Source: Polyangiales bacterium
GTDB lineage: Bacteria > Myxococcota_A > Polyangia > Polyangiales > JADJQN01
Reading direction: 5' to 3'
DNA: 64,000 nt
Assembly: GCA_964202905.1 (NCBI GenBank)
Contig: CAXNJO010000004.1
Location: 224,001 to 288,000, forward strand
The notes beneath the pieces are model-generated. The model saw nothing but the letters and a program-made list of their open reading frames with translations. It did not search any database and was not told the origin of the DNA. Made by a program: the position numbers and the translations under genes. Positions 27,781 to 42,086 of this stretch are shown here, piece after piece (position 1 is the stretch's first letter; every line of letters starts with the position of its first letter).

Positions 27781-29394
27781 ATGCGCGGCCCGATGGGGAA
27801 GGTCTACCTGCTCGGCGCCGGTCCCGGGGACCCCGAGCTCATCACGGCGCGCGCGCTGCGACGCCTCGGCGAGTGCGACGTCGTGCTCTACGACGCCCTC
27901 GTGCACCCCGACCTCCTCGCGCACGCGCGTCCGGGCGCCGAGCTCGTCTTCGTCGGCAAGCGCGCGGGCGCGCCGAGCGAGCGGCAGGCGAACATCCACG
28001 CGCGGATGGTACGCGAGGCCCGGGCCGGCCGGATCGTCGGCCGGCTGAAGGGCGGCGACCCGTTCATGTTCGGGCGCGGCTCCGAGGAGGCCGAGCACCT
28101 CGCCGACGCGGGCATCCCCTTCGAGGTCGTGCCGGGCGTGACGTCACCGCTCGCCGTCTGCGCCTACGCGGGTATTTCGCTCACGCACCGCGAGGCCTCG
28201 AGCAGCGTCGCCTTCCTCACGGCGACCGAGCACCCCGACAAGCCCGAGAGCGCCCACGACTGGTCGAAGCTCGCGACCGCCACGCAGACGCTCGTGATCT
28301 TCATGGGCATGCGGCACCTCGAGCGCACGATGGCGCGCCTCGTCGCGCACGGCCGCGACCCGGACGAGCCCGCGGCCGTGTTCGAGTGGGCGTCGCTGCC
28401 GCGCCAACGCAGCCTGGTCGGCACCGTGGGCACGATCGCGCAGATCGCGCGCGAGGCAGGGGCTGGGCTGCCGGCGCTCACCGTCGTCGGCGAGGTCGTG
28501 CGGCTGCGCGAGCGGCTGCGCTGGTACGACGTGCAGCCGCTCTTCGGCAAGCGCGTGCTCGTGACGCGCCCCGCCGGGCAGGAGCGCGGCTTCGCGCAGC
28601 GCCTCCGCGACGCGGGGGCTGAGCCGGTCGCGCTGCCGACGATCCGCATCGAGCCTCCCGAGGACGCGGCCGCGCTCCGGCGCGCGGTGCACGAGGCCGC
28701 GCGCTACGACGCGCTGGTCTTCACGAGCGCGAACGGCGTCACCCGCTTCTTCGAGGCGCTCGCGGCGGAGGGCGGCGACGCCCGGTGGCTGGGGCGCGGT
28801 CTCGTCGCGGCGATCGGCCCCGCGACGGCCGAGGCGCTCGCGGTTTACGGCGTGCGTGCCGACGTCGTGCCTGCCGAATACCGCGGCGAGGCAGCGGCCG
28901 ACAGCCTGATCGCCGCGCTCGGCGAACGTGTGCGGGGCGCACACATCCTCGTGCCGCGCGCAGCCGTCGCGCGCGAAGTGCTCCCCGAGCGTCTCGCCGC
29001 GGCGGGCGCGCAGGTCGACGTCGTCGCGGCCTACCGCACCATCGGCCCCCGCGACGAGGACGCCCATGCGATCCGCGAAGCGCTCGCCGCCGGCACGCTC
29101 GACGTCGTGGCGTTCACGTCGTCCTCGACCGTCGAGCAGCTGCTCGCCGCGCTCGGCCCCGAGGCGCAGGCGCGACTCGCCCATGTGACGCTGGCGTCGA
29201 TCGGGCCAATCACGACCCGCACCGCCGAAGCGCACGGATTGCGTGTCGCGGTGACCGCGAGCGAGTACACCACTGCCGGGCTCGTCGACGCGCTCGAGGC
29301 GCACTTCGCCGCCGCCCGCTCCGACGCCGCCTCACGAGACGCCAACCGCTCCGATGCGCCGTCACACGACGCCTTCCCGCACGACGCCGACTGA
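27781..29394 (+). CDS. cobA: Fused uroporphyrinogen-III C-methyltransferase / uroporphyrinogen-III synthase (CobA-HemD)
   Basis: VYLLGAGPGDPELIT, RLKGGDPFMFGRG, VVPGVTS; then PLFGKRVLVTRP, FTSANGV, AIGPATA, FTSSSTV. Confidence 0.95.
   Translation: MRGPMGKVYLLGAGPGDPELITARALRRLGECDVVLYDALVHPDLLAHARPGAELVFVGKRAGAPSERQANIHARMVREARAGRIVGRLKGGDPFMFGRGSEEAEHLADAGIPFEVVPGVTSPLAVCAYAGISLTHREASSSVAFLTATEHPDKPESAHDWSKLATATQTLVIFMGMRHLERTMARLVAHGRDPDEPAAVFEWASLPRQRSLVGTVGTIAQIAREAGAGLPALTVVGEVVRLRERLRWYDVQPLFGKRVLVTRPAGQERGFAQRLRDAGAEPVALPTIRIEPPEDAAALRRAVHEAARYDALVFTSANGVTRFFEALAAEGGDARWLGRGLVAAIGPATAEALAVYGVRADVVPAEYRGEAAADSLIAALGERVRGAHILVPRAAVAREVLPERLAAAGAQVDVVAAYRTIGPRDEDAHAIREALAAGTLDVVAFTSSSTVEQLLAALGPEAQARLAHVTLASIGPITTRTAEAHGLRVAVTASEYTTAGLVDALEAHFAAARSDAASRDANRSDAPSHDAFPHDAD
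29314..29388 (+). repeat. Five degenerate 15-bp tandem repeats encoding the xxxDA tail of CobA-HemD
   Basis: ARSDA-ASRDA-NRSDA-PSHDA-FPHDA; units end in gacgcc or gatgcg. Confidence 0.6.
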
Positions 29395-29406
29395 CCCGGA
29401 GGACTG

Positions 29407-30801
<1,395 letters not shown>

Positions 30802-30835
30802 GCCGCCCGCGCCGCCGCCCGGGCCGCCCGAGATC

Positions 30836-31291
30836 GTGCTGCGCCTCGACGTCCGCGCCGAGCGCGCCGATGCGTCTCTGCGCCTCGCGGGGGCCGTCGT
30901 CTGCGGGCTCGGCGCGCTCACGATCGCGGCGCTCGAACCGACGCTCGTGGGCTGGGTCGTGGTGCTCGTCGCGAGCCTCGCGTCGGTCGGGTGGGCTGCG
31001 TCGTACGCGGGCGCGCGGCGCCGCACGTCGGTGCCCATCCGGTACACGCTGACGCTCGGCGCAGACGCGCTCGCGCTCTGCGAGGCGGGGCGTGTGGAGA
31101 CGCTGCGATGGGAGGCCGTGCGCGCGGTCGACGTGGACGAGGACCGCCTCGTCGTGCGCGTGCACCGGCGGGAGGGCGGCGCGCCGCTCGTGCTCGAGCC
31201 GCGCTACGAGGGCGTCAGCGTCTACGCGCTCGCCGAGCTCGTCGGCGCCCGTGTTTGCCCCGCGGCTTCCCAAACGGGGCCCGCGCCCTAG
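30836..31291 (+). CDS. Hypothetical membrane protein (two TM segments plus a PH-like soluble part)
   Basis: Two hydrophobic segments, then LTLGADALAL..LRWEAVRAV; start uncertain. Confidence 0.55.
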   Translation: MLRLDVRAERADASLRLAGAVVCGLGALTIAALEPTLVGWVVVLVASLASVGWAASYAGARRRTSVPIRYTLTLGADALALCEAGRVETLRWEAVRAVDVDEDRLVVRVHRREGGAPLVLEPRYEGVSVYALAELVGARVCPAASQTGPAP

Positions 31292-31316
31292 AATGCCCCC
31301 CTTCGCGGAGAACACG

Positions 31317-31637
31317 ATGGCGACTCGCTGGGAGAACGACTCGGGGATCGTCACCGAGAAGAAGACGGGCACCCGGACGCGGCGCCCGCCGCTCTACAAG
31401 GTGCTGATGCACAACGACCACTACACGACGCGCGAGTTCGTGGTCGACGTGCTGCACACCGTCTTCCACAAGTCCGAGGCGGAGGCCGTGCAGGTCATGA
31501 TGCACGTCCACCTGCATGGCGTCGGGCTCGCGGGCATCTACCCGTTCGAGGTCGCGGAGACCAAGATCAAGACCGTCGAGCGCTTGTCGCGGGAATACGA
31601 GTTCCCGCTGCAACTGACGATGGAACCGGAGGACTGA
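31317..31637 (+). CDS. clpS: ATP-dependent Clp protease adaptor ClpS
   Basis: PPLYKVLMHNDHYTTREFVV..MMHVHLHG..YPFEVAETK..FPLQLTME. Confidence 0.96.
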   Translation: MATRWENDSGIVTEKKTGTRTRRPPLYKVLMHNDHYTTREFVVDVLHTVFHKSEAEAVQVMMHVHLHGVGLAGIYPFEVAETKIKTVERLSREYEFPLQLTMEPED

Positions 31638-31640
31638 TCC

Positions 31641-34011
<2,371 letters not shown>

Positions 34012-34041
34012 GCACGGCTGCGACGTCGCGTGGGGCGGCCG

Positions 34042-34062
34042 GCACCAAGCACCAAGCACCAA
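34042..34062. repeat. Heptamer tandem repeat (GCACCAA)x3
   Basis: gcaccaagcaccaagcaccaa in the intergenic region after clpA. Confidence 0.6.
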
Positions 34063-34155
34063 CAACGACGAAGGCCGACGTCGCGTGAGCGAGTCGGCCT
34101 TCTCGTTCGAAGAGGTCAGCGGGCGGCCGTTGCGGCACACCGCGCCATCAGCGTT

Positions 34156-34836
34156 TCACGCTGCGTCGGGAGCCGCGGTCCCCGCGTCGACGGTCGACGT
34201 GCCGGCGTCGGCCGCGGGCGTGCCGGCGTCCATCGCGGGCGCAGTCGGCGCGAAGCAGTCGGCGGGGTAGCCCATCGACGCGTCGAAGCAATCGGCCACG
34301 CCGCCCGCGCAGGTGCGCACGGCCCCGAGCTCGGCCGAACAGGCCGGACAGGAGGTCGGGTTGGTGCAGCCGTTCGCATCGAGACAGCAGAAGAAGGCGT
34401 CGAACTGCGCGTCGCAGCCGCCCTCGTAGAAGCACGCGAGCTGCTGGAGGTTGAAACAACCATCGCAGTCGAGCGGGCCGCCCATGGTCATCAGCGCGGG
34501 CGTGGTGTCCGCGGCGAGCGCGTTCCCGATGCAGGTCGCGGCGGTCATGGACATGGGGAGGCCGCACGCGACGACGGCGGCCTGCGTCTCGGCGGTGCAG
34601 CGCGGGAGCGCCTCGGCCGGGAGCGGCATGACCGGGTCGGGCATGCAAACGGGGCCCATGTCGACGGGCGAGGGCGGGCCCATGTCGACGGGCGCGGCGC
34701 CGAGGTCGGCACCGGCGTCGATCATGATGACCGGACCGACGCCCGTGTCATCGTCGTCGCCGCAGGCGGCGAGGGACGAAGCGACGAGGACGAGCGCGGC
34801 GGTGCGCAGAATGGCGGGGCGGGGGAGGCGGAGCAT
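34156..34836 (-). CDS. Cys-rich lipoprotein with D-x-G linker repeats
   Basis: SLAAC-GDDDD lipobox; DAG/DLG/DMG linker containing a 24-bp-period direct repeat (34652-34694); many Cys. Confidence 0.75.
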   Translation of the reverse strand: MLRLPRPAILRTAALVLVASSLAACGDDDDTGVGPVIMIDAGADLGAAPVDMGPPSPVDMGPVCMPDPVMPLPAEALPRCTAETQAAVVACGLPMSMTAATCIGNALAADTTPALMTMGGPLDCDGCFNLQQLACFYEGGCDAQFDAFFCCLDANGCTNPTSCPACSAELGAVRTCAGGVADCFDASMGYPADCFAPTAPAMDAGTPAADAGTSTVDAGTAAPDAA

Positions 34837-34952
34837 CGTGTAGTCTCTCTTCGTTGGCGCGGCCCGGACCTCGGGCGCAAGGCGCGCAAAGGGAGCACGC
34901 ACACCGCGGGCACGCAACAACCGAGCGATTTTCGAGGACACGGACGCGCCGC

Positions 34953-35693
<741 letters not shown>

Positions 35694-35726
35694 ACCGACG
35701 CGGGCGCAGCCCGGGCGAGCGACGCC

Positions 35727-35759
35727 ATTGCAACGCGGTTGCGACACCGTTGCGACGCC
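35727..35759. promoter_or_regulatory. Three 11-bp-period direct repeats, candidate regulator binding site
   Basis: ATTGCAACGCG-GTTGCGACACC-GTTGCGACGCC, 25 bp upstream of the lipoprotein start. Confidence 0.45.
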
Positions 35760-35784
35760 GGGAGCGTTCCCCTACCCTCACCCG

Positions 35785-37290
35785 ATGCCGCCCAGCGCGC
35801 TCGTCCGTCTCGCACTTCCCTTCACGATCGCCCTCGCGCTCGCCGCGTGCACGCGCGGGCGCGACACCGGCTCGGGCGTGTGTGCGCCCGGGCTCTGCGA
35901 TCCCGACCTCGGCGGGCGCGATCTCGGGTCGGTCGACGCCGGTCCGCCCGGTCTCGACGGCGGGCCGATTCTTGCCCCCGATCTCGGGCCGCCCGACCTC
36001 GGCCGCGACTACCGCGACGCCGCGCCCGTCGTGCCTTGCACCGTCGCGTGCGGCGACACCGAGCTTTGCGGCGACACGGGCGACGGCAACGGCTTCGACG
36101 ACGACTGCGACGGCGCCGTCGACGAGGACTGCACGTGCACGATCGGCACGACGCGCGCGTGCTTCCTCGGGCCGCCCGATCGCCGCGGGATCGGCGTCTG
36201 CGCCGACGGCCTGATGGCGTGCACGGAATTCTTGCAGTGGGGGCCCTGCTCGGGCGGGCAGTTCCCGGGCGACGAGCTCTGCGATGGCGCGGACAACGAC
36301 TGCAACGGCCTCGCGGACGACGGCATCGCCGGCTGCGCGACGGCGCTCTTCTGCCCCGGCTCGGAGGCGGCGATCCCCCTCTCGACGCACGCCCTCCGGG
36401 GAAGCCGCATCTACACGGGGAGCGCGACGTCCTGGCAGTGGACGATCAGCTGCCCGTCGACCGTCGCGACCTGTCCGCTGCCGATGGCGCCGACCTCGGC
36501 CGACACGGACATCTACTTCGCGCAGAGCGGCAGCTACCGCGCGCGCCTCGAGGTGACGACGGAGTCCGGCGAGACGCTGTCGTGCGAGTGGGTGATCTTC
36601 GTGCAGGGCGCGGGGCTCCGCGTCGAGCTCGCGTGGGACACGCAGGGCCCGTACGACACGGGCACGGACGTCGACCTGCACCTGCACCGCCGCACCGTGC
36701 CGGACGGCGCGCTCGTCGCGGACACCGACTTCTTCACCGACGACGACTGCTACTACGCGAACTGCAAGGCCTCGACGTATGGCGGGATCTGGGGCGGCGG
36801 CGGGGTCCGCGACATCTGGGGCCTCCCCGACACGCCCGACGTCACGGCCTGCTCCGGGGCGCCCAACGGCGAGGGCGCCGCGTGGGCCGCGCTCGGCGCC
36901 TGCTACAACCCGCGCCTCGACGTCGACATCATCTCGTGCGACCCGGCGATCACCGACCCGATGGACCCGGGCGGCAACTTCTGCGCGCCCGAGAACATCA
37001 ACGTCGACAACCCGCCGAACGGCTCGACCTACCGCATCATGGTCGACTACTTCTCGTCGCGCGGCCTCCCGGGCGCGACGCACCCGACGGTCAACGTCTA
37101 CTGTGGCGGGGACCTGCGCGGCTCCTTCGGCTCGGATCCGTTCGTCGAGCTGACCGACGACTCCCAGCGCTGGCTCGTCGCCGACGTGAAGTTCTTCACC
37201 GACGCGTGCGGTGCGGTGACGTGCTCCATCGAGCCGCTCGGCTCGCTCATCCGCACGGACCAAGCGTTCGGCCCGCCCTGGAGCTTCTGA
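35785..37290 (+). CDS. Myxobacterial Cys-rich lipoprotein with putative metal-binding (CDGxDNDCNG) repeats and a YfaP-like C-domain
   Basis: ALAAC lipobox; GNGFDDDCDGAVDE, ELCDGADNDCNGLADD; LRVELAWD..DVDLHL..PENINVDNP. Confidence 0.8.
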   Translation: MPPSALVRLALPFTIALALAACTRGRDTGSGVCAPGLCDPDLGGRDLGSVDAGPPGLDGGPILAPDLGPPDLGRDYRDAAPVVPCTVACGDTELCGDTGDGNGFDDDCDGAVDEDCTCTIGTTRACFLGPPDRRGIGVCADGLMACTEFLQWGPCSGGQFPGDELCDGADNDCNGLADDGIAGCATALFCPGSEAAIPLSTHALRGSRIYTGSATSWQWTISCPSTVATCPLPMAPTSADTDIYFAQSGSYRARLEVTTESGETLSCEWVIFVQGAGLRVELAWDTQGPYDTGTDVDLHLHRRTVPDGALVADTDFFTDDDCYYANCKASTYGGIWGGGGVRDIWGLPDTPDVTACSGAPNGEGAAWAALGACYNPRLDVDIISCDPAITDPMDPGGNFCAPENINVDNPPNGSTYRIMVDYFSSRGLPGATHPTVNVYCGGDLRGSFGSDPFVELTDDSQRWLVADVKFFTDACGAVTCSIEPLGSLIRTDQAFGPPWSF

Positions 37291-37354
37291 GCACGGCGCG
37301 CGACGACGCGCCCTGCGCGGGGTGTGCCCCCGCGCGAGGCGCTCGGGCGTGTCT

Positions 37355-38899
37355 TCAGGGCGTGACGGTGACGTCGAGTTGGAAGCGCCCGGGCGCGGCC
37401 GCGAACGAGTCGACGACGATGAAATAGAGCCCCGCCGGCACATCCGTCAGCTCGAGGCGCGCGAGCTCCGGGCGGGGTTCGCCGAAGAGATCGTCCGCGC
37501 ACCACGCGACCACCGGCGTCCCCGAGCAGCCCGTGAACGCGTAGAGCGTCGTGTCGAAATTCGTGTACGCGTTGTAGGTCGAGAACGACACGCGCGACGC
37601 AGGCGCCGCCAGTTCGAACCGGACGAGCGCCTCCGGCCGACCGCGCGGATCGCCGCTCGAACAACCCGTCGGTGCGTCCCACAGCGAGGGCACGCTCACC
37701 TCGCCGCGCACGCTCCCCGTGCCACCGCTGGTCTCGAGCGCGAGCGCCCCCATGCACGCCGCCGCGCGCGCCTCGGACACGCCGACACAGCGGTTCGTCG
37801 CGCCGAGCATGCCGGGCGAGCACACGCCCGCGCCGCAGGAGTCGAAGCCGCGCGGATCGCAGGACTGCCCGACCATGCGGAGCGGCGGCGCGCCGAGGTC
37901 CGCGGTCGCAGGTGCGCTCGGGCGATCGCCGCGATCCCGCGCGACGAGGCTCACGCGCGGCACGTTCTCCGCGAAGAACGTCGAGGCCGAGAAGCGGAAG
38001 AAGAACACGCCCCCCATCGACGCGTCCCGCGCGTCCGCGGCGAAGCTCGTCGACTCGGGCGAGCCGTCGCCGTCGAGGTCGAGCGCGACGGGCATGCCGG
38101 CCGCGTCGAGGAACGCGATGTCGATCTGCGAGACGTCGTCGTCGAGGTCGGTCCCCTCGATGAGGATGTCGGCGCCCCCGAGCACGGTCACGTACGCCGC
38201 GCGCGTGATCGCCGGGGCGACGCCCTCGGTGCAGACGGACGGCGTCCCCATGCGGCAGCCGAGCCCATCGGCGCAGCGATTCGCGCGGAAGCCCGGGTCG
38301 CAGATCGCGTCCAACGCGAGCACGGGCTGCTCGGCGACCGGCGCCTCGACCGGCGCGGAGCGTGTGTCGCGCGCATCGACGAGCACGACCCGCACGCGCG
38401 CGATCTCCGGGTGAAGGCCCCGCAAGCGCGGGAACGTCCCCGACGCCGGGCCCTCGGCGGTGCCGGTGATCGGGGCGTCGAGGGGCACGACGGTGTTGCC
38501 CGAGTCGACCATCCCGTCGGCATCCGAGTCGTAGAGCGGAACCTCAGCCCCCGCCCCGTCGAGGAAGGTCACGTCGAGCGTGCTCGCGTCACCGTCCGCG
38601 TCGCTGCCGACGAGATCGATGCGCAGATCGTCACCGAAACGCCCGACCTGCCGGGCCGTCGCGCTCGCGAGGACGGGCGGCATCGGCGGCGGGCCGTTCA
38701 TGTCGAGTGGTTCAACCATTCCATCCGGCGGGTCCACCATCCCGCCGTCGACCTCCCCTGCGTCGACGTCCCCCGCGTCCGGCGCCGGAGGCGTTCCGCC
38801 GTCGTCGTCTCCACAGGCCGAGAGACCGGCGAGCCCACCGACCAACGCCCCCCACACGAGCCACCGACGCACGCAGTCCACCGACGAGACAGGAGTCAT
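37355..38899 (-). CDS. Lipoprotein with duplicated Ig-like units and a C-terminal PPC-like domain
   Basis: GLSAC-GDDD lipobox; two G.D.D.D...FLD..G units; NFDTTLYAF..CADD..AGLYFIVVDSF. Confidence 0.75.
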   Translation of the reverse strand: MTPVSSVDCVRRWLVWGALVGGLAGLSACGDDDGGTPPAPDAGDVDAGEVDGGMVDPPDGMVEPLDMNGPPPMPPVLASATARQVGRFGDDLRIDLVGSDADGDASTLDVTFLDGAGAEVPLYDSDADGMVDSGNTVVPLDAPITGTAEGPASGTFPRLRGLHPEIARVRVVLVDARDTRSAPVEAPVAEQPVLALDAICDPGFRANRCADGLGCRMGTPSVCTEGVAPAITRAAYVTVLGGADILIEGTDLDDDVSQIDIAFLDAAGMPVALDLDGDGSPESTSFAADARDASMGGVFFFRFSASTFFAENVPRVSLVARDRGDRPSAPATADLGAPPLRMVGQSCDPRGFDSCGAGVCSPGMLGATNRCVGVSEARAAACMGALALETSGGTGSVRGEVSVPSLWDAPTGCSSGDPRGRPEALVRFELAAPASRVSFSTYNAYTNFDTTLYAFTGCSGTPVVAWCADDLFGEPRPELARLELTDVPAGLYFIVVDSFAAAPGRFQLDVTVTP

Positions 38900-38980
38900 G
38901 GCGGCCGATACGGTGCCTGTTGCAAGGAACTTGAGGGCCACGGCATGCCCTGCGCCGACGGGATGCGCAGTCCAACGACG

Positions 38981-39022
38981 GAAAAGAGAAAGGCCGCCGC
39001 GAGCCTGAGCCCGCGACGGCCT
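38981..39022 (-). terminator. Intrinsic terminator downstream of the RTX-repeat gene
   Basis: Minus strand AGGCCGTCGCGGGC-TCAG-GCTCGCGGCGGCCT (14-bp stem, two G-U pairs) followed by TTCTCTTTTC. Confidence 0.75.
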
Positions 39023-39046
39023 CCGTCGTGCGTCAGCGACTCGCGA

Positions 39047-40975
39047 TCAGAGCTCGCAGTCCGCCGCCGCGTTCAACCCCGGGGAGAAGTTGATCGCGAT
39101 GTCGTCGCCCGCGCCGCAGGTCACCGTCGCGCCGCCCGCGCCGCCGTCGATGGTGTCGTCGCCCGCGCCGCTGTCGATGACGTCGAGACCGATGCCGCCC
39201 GAGATCTCGTTCGCGAGCGTGTTGCCCGTGATCGTGTCGACCGCGGTCCCGCCATTGAGGTTCTCGATGTCCGCCTTGACGTTGTCCGCCTCAAGCGCGA
39301 GACCGTCATCGGCCGCGACGCCGTCCATCGTGACGATGAGCGCCGCGACGCGCGCGCCGTAGTCGACGAGATCGATGCCCGCGCCGCCGTTGAAGACGTC
39401 GCCGCCGTTGGTCGCCGCGCCCTCGCTGAACGTGTCGTTTCCGTCGCCGCCGTTGAGCGTGTCGTTGCCGGCGCCGCCCGTGAGCGCGTCGTTGCCAGCC
39501 TCGCCGTTGAGCGTGTCGATGCCGGTCCCGCCCGTGAGCGTGTCGTTGCCGGCGCCGCCGGACACGGTGTTGGTGCCGTTCCCGGCGGTGATCACGTTGT
39601 CGAGCGTGTTGCCCGTGATCGTGTCGTCCACGGTTCCGCCAGAGAGGTTCTCGACGTCGACCTTGATGTTGTCCGCCTCGCCCGTCTCGCCGTCGTTCGC
39701 GGCGACGCCGTCCATCGTCACCGTGAGGTTCGCGGTGCGCGCGCTGTAGTTCACGGTGTCGGTGCCCGTGCCGCCGTTGATGACGTCACCGCCGCTGGTC
39801 GCCGCCTCCTCGTCGAAGGTGTCGTTGCCCGCGTCGCCGTTGAGCGTGTCGTTGCCGAGGCCGCCGATGAGCGTGTCGTCGCCGGCACCGCCGTTGAAGG
39901 TGTTCGCGCCCGCGTCGCCCGTGAGGCTGTCGGCCGCGCTGCCGGCCGTGACGATCTCGACCTCGATGTTGATGTCGTCGGTCTCGGCAGCCTCACCATC
40001 GTTGGCGGCCAGGCCCACGGTGACCGTGAGCGGATTCGTGCGCGCGCCGTAGTTCACGGTGTCGGTGCCCGTGCCGCCGGCGATCGTGTCGTTGCCCGTG
40101 CCCGTGAACGTCATCGCATCGACGCTCGCGCCCTCGTTGAACAAGTCGTTGCCCGCGCCGCCGGCGAGGATGTCGTTCCCCAGGCCGCCGGTGATCGTGT
40201 CGTTGCCGTCGTCACCGTTGGTCGTGTCGACGCCGAGGCCACCGTTGAGGATGTCGTCGCCCAGACCGCCGTTCAGGAGATCGACGCCGTCAGAGCCGGA
40301 GAGGGTGTCGTTGCCGTCACCGCCGAAGACCGTCACACCCGCCGTCACACCCGCCGGAACGGCACCGCCGGTCACGGCGAAGACGTCGTTGCCGCTCGCG
40401 AGGCTGAACTGGAGGGACTCGACGTTCGTGATGTCGATGTCGCGGTTCGCGCCGGCGTCCGTGAACACGCCCGCCGACGTGACCTGCATGTTGTCGATGG
40501 CCGACGAGCCGCGGATGCGGAGCGAGTCGATGCCGCCGAGGCCGTCGAACGTGATGCCGCGCGCCGTCGCCGTGCCGGTGGCGAACACGCCGTTGAGGAA
40601 GTCGAGGATGACCGTCTCGGCGCCGCCCGCGGTGCCCACGACGTCGAGGCGCTTCAGCGTCGTCGACGTGACGAGCGTGCCGCCGCAGAGGCCACCGTTG
40701 ATGAGGATGGCGGAGTCGACGGCGCGCTTGCTGACGATGATCGTCTCCGCGGCGGCCGTCGTCACGGCCATCACGCCCGAGCTCGGCGTGAACGCGCAGA
40801 CCCCCGCGAACGGCGTCAGCGACGCGTACGCGCCCCCCGCCTCCGGGTAGAGGTTGTCGTCGCCCCAGTCCCCGACGACCGAGGCGGCCGGCGCCTCCCC
40901 CATGCAGCCCGCGAGCGTTGCGAGAATGGAGAGGCCCGTAACGAGCCTCCCGCGCTGATTCCGATTGCGATTCAT
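39047..40975 (-). CDS. Calcium-binding RTX/hemolysin-type repeat lipoprotein
   Basis: LAGC lipobox; many GGxGNDxLx nonapeptides; three VNY.AR...L.VT....A.DG...E.D modules; RBS GGAGG. Confidence 0.88.
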   Translation of the reverse strand: MNRNRNQRGRLVTGLSILATLAGCMGEAPAASVVGDWGDDNLYPEAGGAYASLTPFAGVCAFTPSSGVMAVTTAAAETIIVSKRAVDSAILINGGLCGGTLVTSTTLKRLDVVGTAGGAETVILDFLNGVFATGTATARGITFDGLGGIDSLRIRGSSAIDNMQVTSAGVFTDAGANRDIDITNVESLQFSLASGNDVFAVTGGAVPAGVTAGVTVFGGDGNDTLSGSDGVDLLNGGLGDDILNGGLGVDTTNGDDGNDTITGGLGNDILAGGAGNDLFNEGASVDAMTFTGTGNDTIAGGTGTDTVNYGARTNPLTVTVGLAANDGEAAETDDINIEVEIVTAGSAADSLTGDAGANTFNGGAGDDTLIGGLGNDTLNGDAGNDTFDEEAATSGGDVINGGTGTDTVNYSARTANLTVTMDGVAANDGETGEADNIKVDVENLSGGTVDDTITGNTLDNVITAGNGTNTVSGGAGNDTLTGGTGIDTLNGEAGNDALTGGAGNDTLNGGDGNDTFSEGAATNGGDVFNGGAGIDLVDYGARVAALIVTMDGVAADDGLALEADNVKADIENLNGGTAVDTITGNTLANEISGGIGLDVIDSGAGDDTIDGGAGGATVTCGAGDDIAINFSPGLNAAADCEL

Positions 40976-41128
40976 CGATTCGCCTCCCTGCAGATGTTCA
41001 ACCACAACGCGCGCAGCACGTTCGTCAGGGAAGGAACGTCTCACACCGCGCAGGCCTTGAGGCGCAGGGAGCCCTTTTTTCTGGGGCAACACGTCGATTG
41101 GTGTGCGCGGGCACACATCGACGGGCCA

Positions 41129-42019
41129 TCAGATGGGATCCGAGCGCACCAGCACGACCCCGACGTCCTCACCGAGCGATGGGAGCGGCAACACCGCGAA
41201 CGCATACCAGCGGCCGTACTGCTCGCGCTCGAGGGTGAAGCCGCCCGGACTGCGCGCGAGCCCCGCGCGCCGAGACGCACCATCCGGTGCGATGGTGTCG
41301 AGATCGGGGTGCGCGCCGCGCGACGCGATGAGCGCGTCGCCGCGGTAGACGTAGGACCAGAGCACCACGCCCGCCTCGCTCGCGTGGTCGAGCTGCAACT
41401 GGCGGCTGATGCGTTGCTCGAGCCGCCAGAGCGGGATGCCGAGCGCAGCGCCGCCGACGACGCGGCCATCGTCGCGCGCGAGCGACGCGGCCGCGAACAC
41501 GATCGACGGCGACGGGTCGCCCGTGTCGGTGCGCGGGAACTCGCCGAGCGCGAACGCGGGGCGGCGCTCCGTCAGCGCGCGCGTGACGGAGGGGAAGAGC
41601 GGGCCGAGCGCGAGCCCCTTCATCGCGTCCGGGGTCGCGTCGCGCGCGAAGACCCGACCGTCCGGGTGCAACGCCGCGAGGAAGGTCATCGGCGACGCGA
41701 TGAGCTGCGGGACGCCGCGCGGCGGCTCGTGCAACTTGCGGAGGGCGACGCGCATCTGACGCTCGCGCGTGGCCTCGTCGGGGAGTGGGGCCGTGAAGCC
41801 GGGCGCGAGCCGCTCGGCCGCGCGTGCGACGCCGCCGAGATGCCGCGAGAGGTCCTCGCGCAGCATGCGCTTGACCTCCGGGACATGAACCTCGCGGAGT
41901 TTGCGCCGCGCGTTGGCGGCGCCGCTCTCCCCACACGCGAGGAGCGCGAGCGTGCAGAGCGCCGCGGCCAGGGAGGACAACGCAGTTCGGAGGCGCGGCG
42001 CGGTTCGAGGATGGGCCAT
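41129..42019 (-). CDS. Hypothetical lipoprotein (possible Cache-like fold)
   Basis: LLAC lipobox; FLAALHPDGRVFARD..GRVVGGAALG. Confidence 0.65.
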   Translation of the reverse strand: MAHPRTAPRLRTALSSLAAALCTLALLACGESGAANARRKLREVHVPEVKRMLREDLSRHLGGVARAAERLAPGFTAPLPDEATRERQMRVALRKLHEPPRGVPQLIASPMTFLAALHPDGRVFARDATPDAMKGLALGPLFPSVTRALTERRPAFALGEFPRTDTGDPSPSIVFAAASLARDDGRVVGGAALGIPLWRLEQRISRQLQLDHASEAGVVLWSYVYRGDALIASRGAHPDLDTIAPDGASRRAGLARSPGGFTLEREQYGRWYAFAVLPLPSLGEDVGVVLVRSDPI

Positions 42020-42086
42020 GGGTGTCGAAGATAGCCGACACCCGCCCGGCGCGGAGGTTCCCGCGGCCGGGCCGAACGTGTGCGGC

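Noticed and set aside
23724..28622. Very long alternative-frame ORFs (1632 aa here; also 37322-42034, 53971-57690, 24436-28098)
   Set aside because: These are Arg/Ala-rich shadow frames overlapping well-supported genes, expected at this GC content because stop codons are scarce.
38905..38945. Sigma-54 promoter on the minus strand (TGGC...TTGCA)
   Set aside because: The GG to GC spacing is 14 nt rather than the required 10.
39100..40400. Periodic repeats as a CRISPR array
   Set aside because: They are in-frame coding RTX repeats with no unique spacers, and there are no cas genes.
40976..41128. Riboswitch in the leader of the RTX gene
   Set aside because: I could not recognise any known aptamer consensus; a covariance search would be needed.
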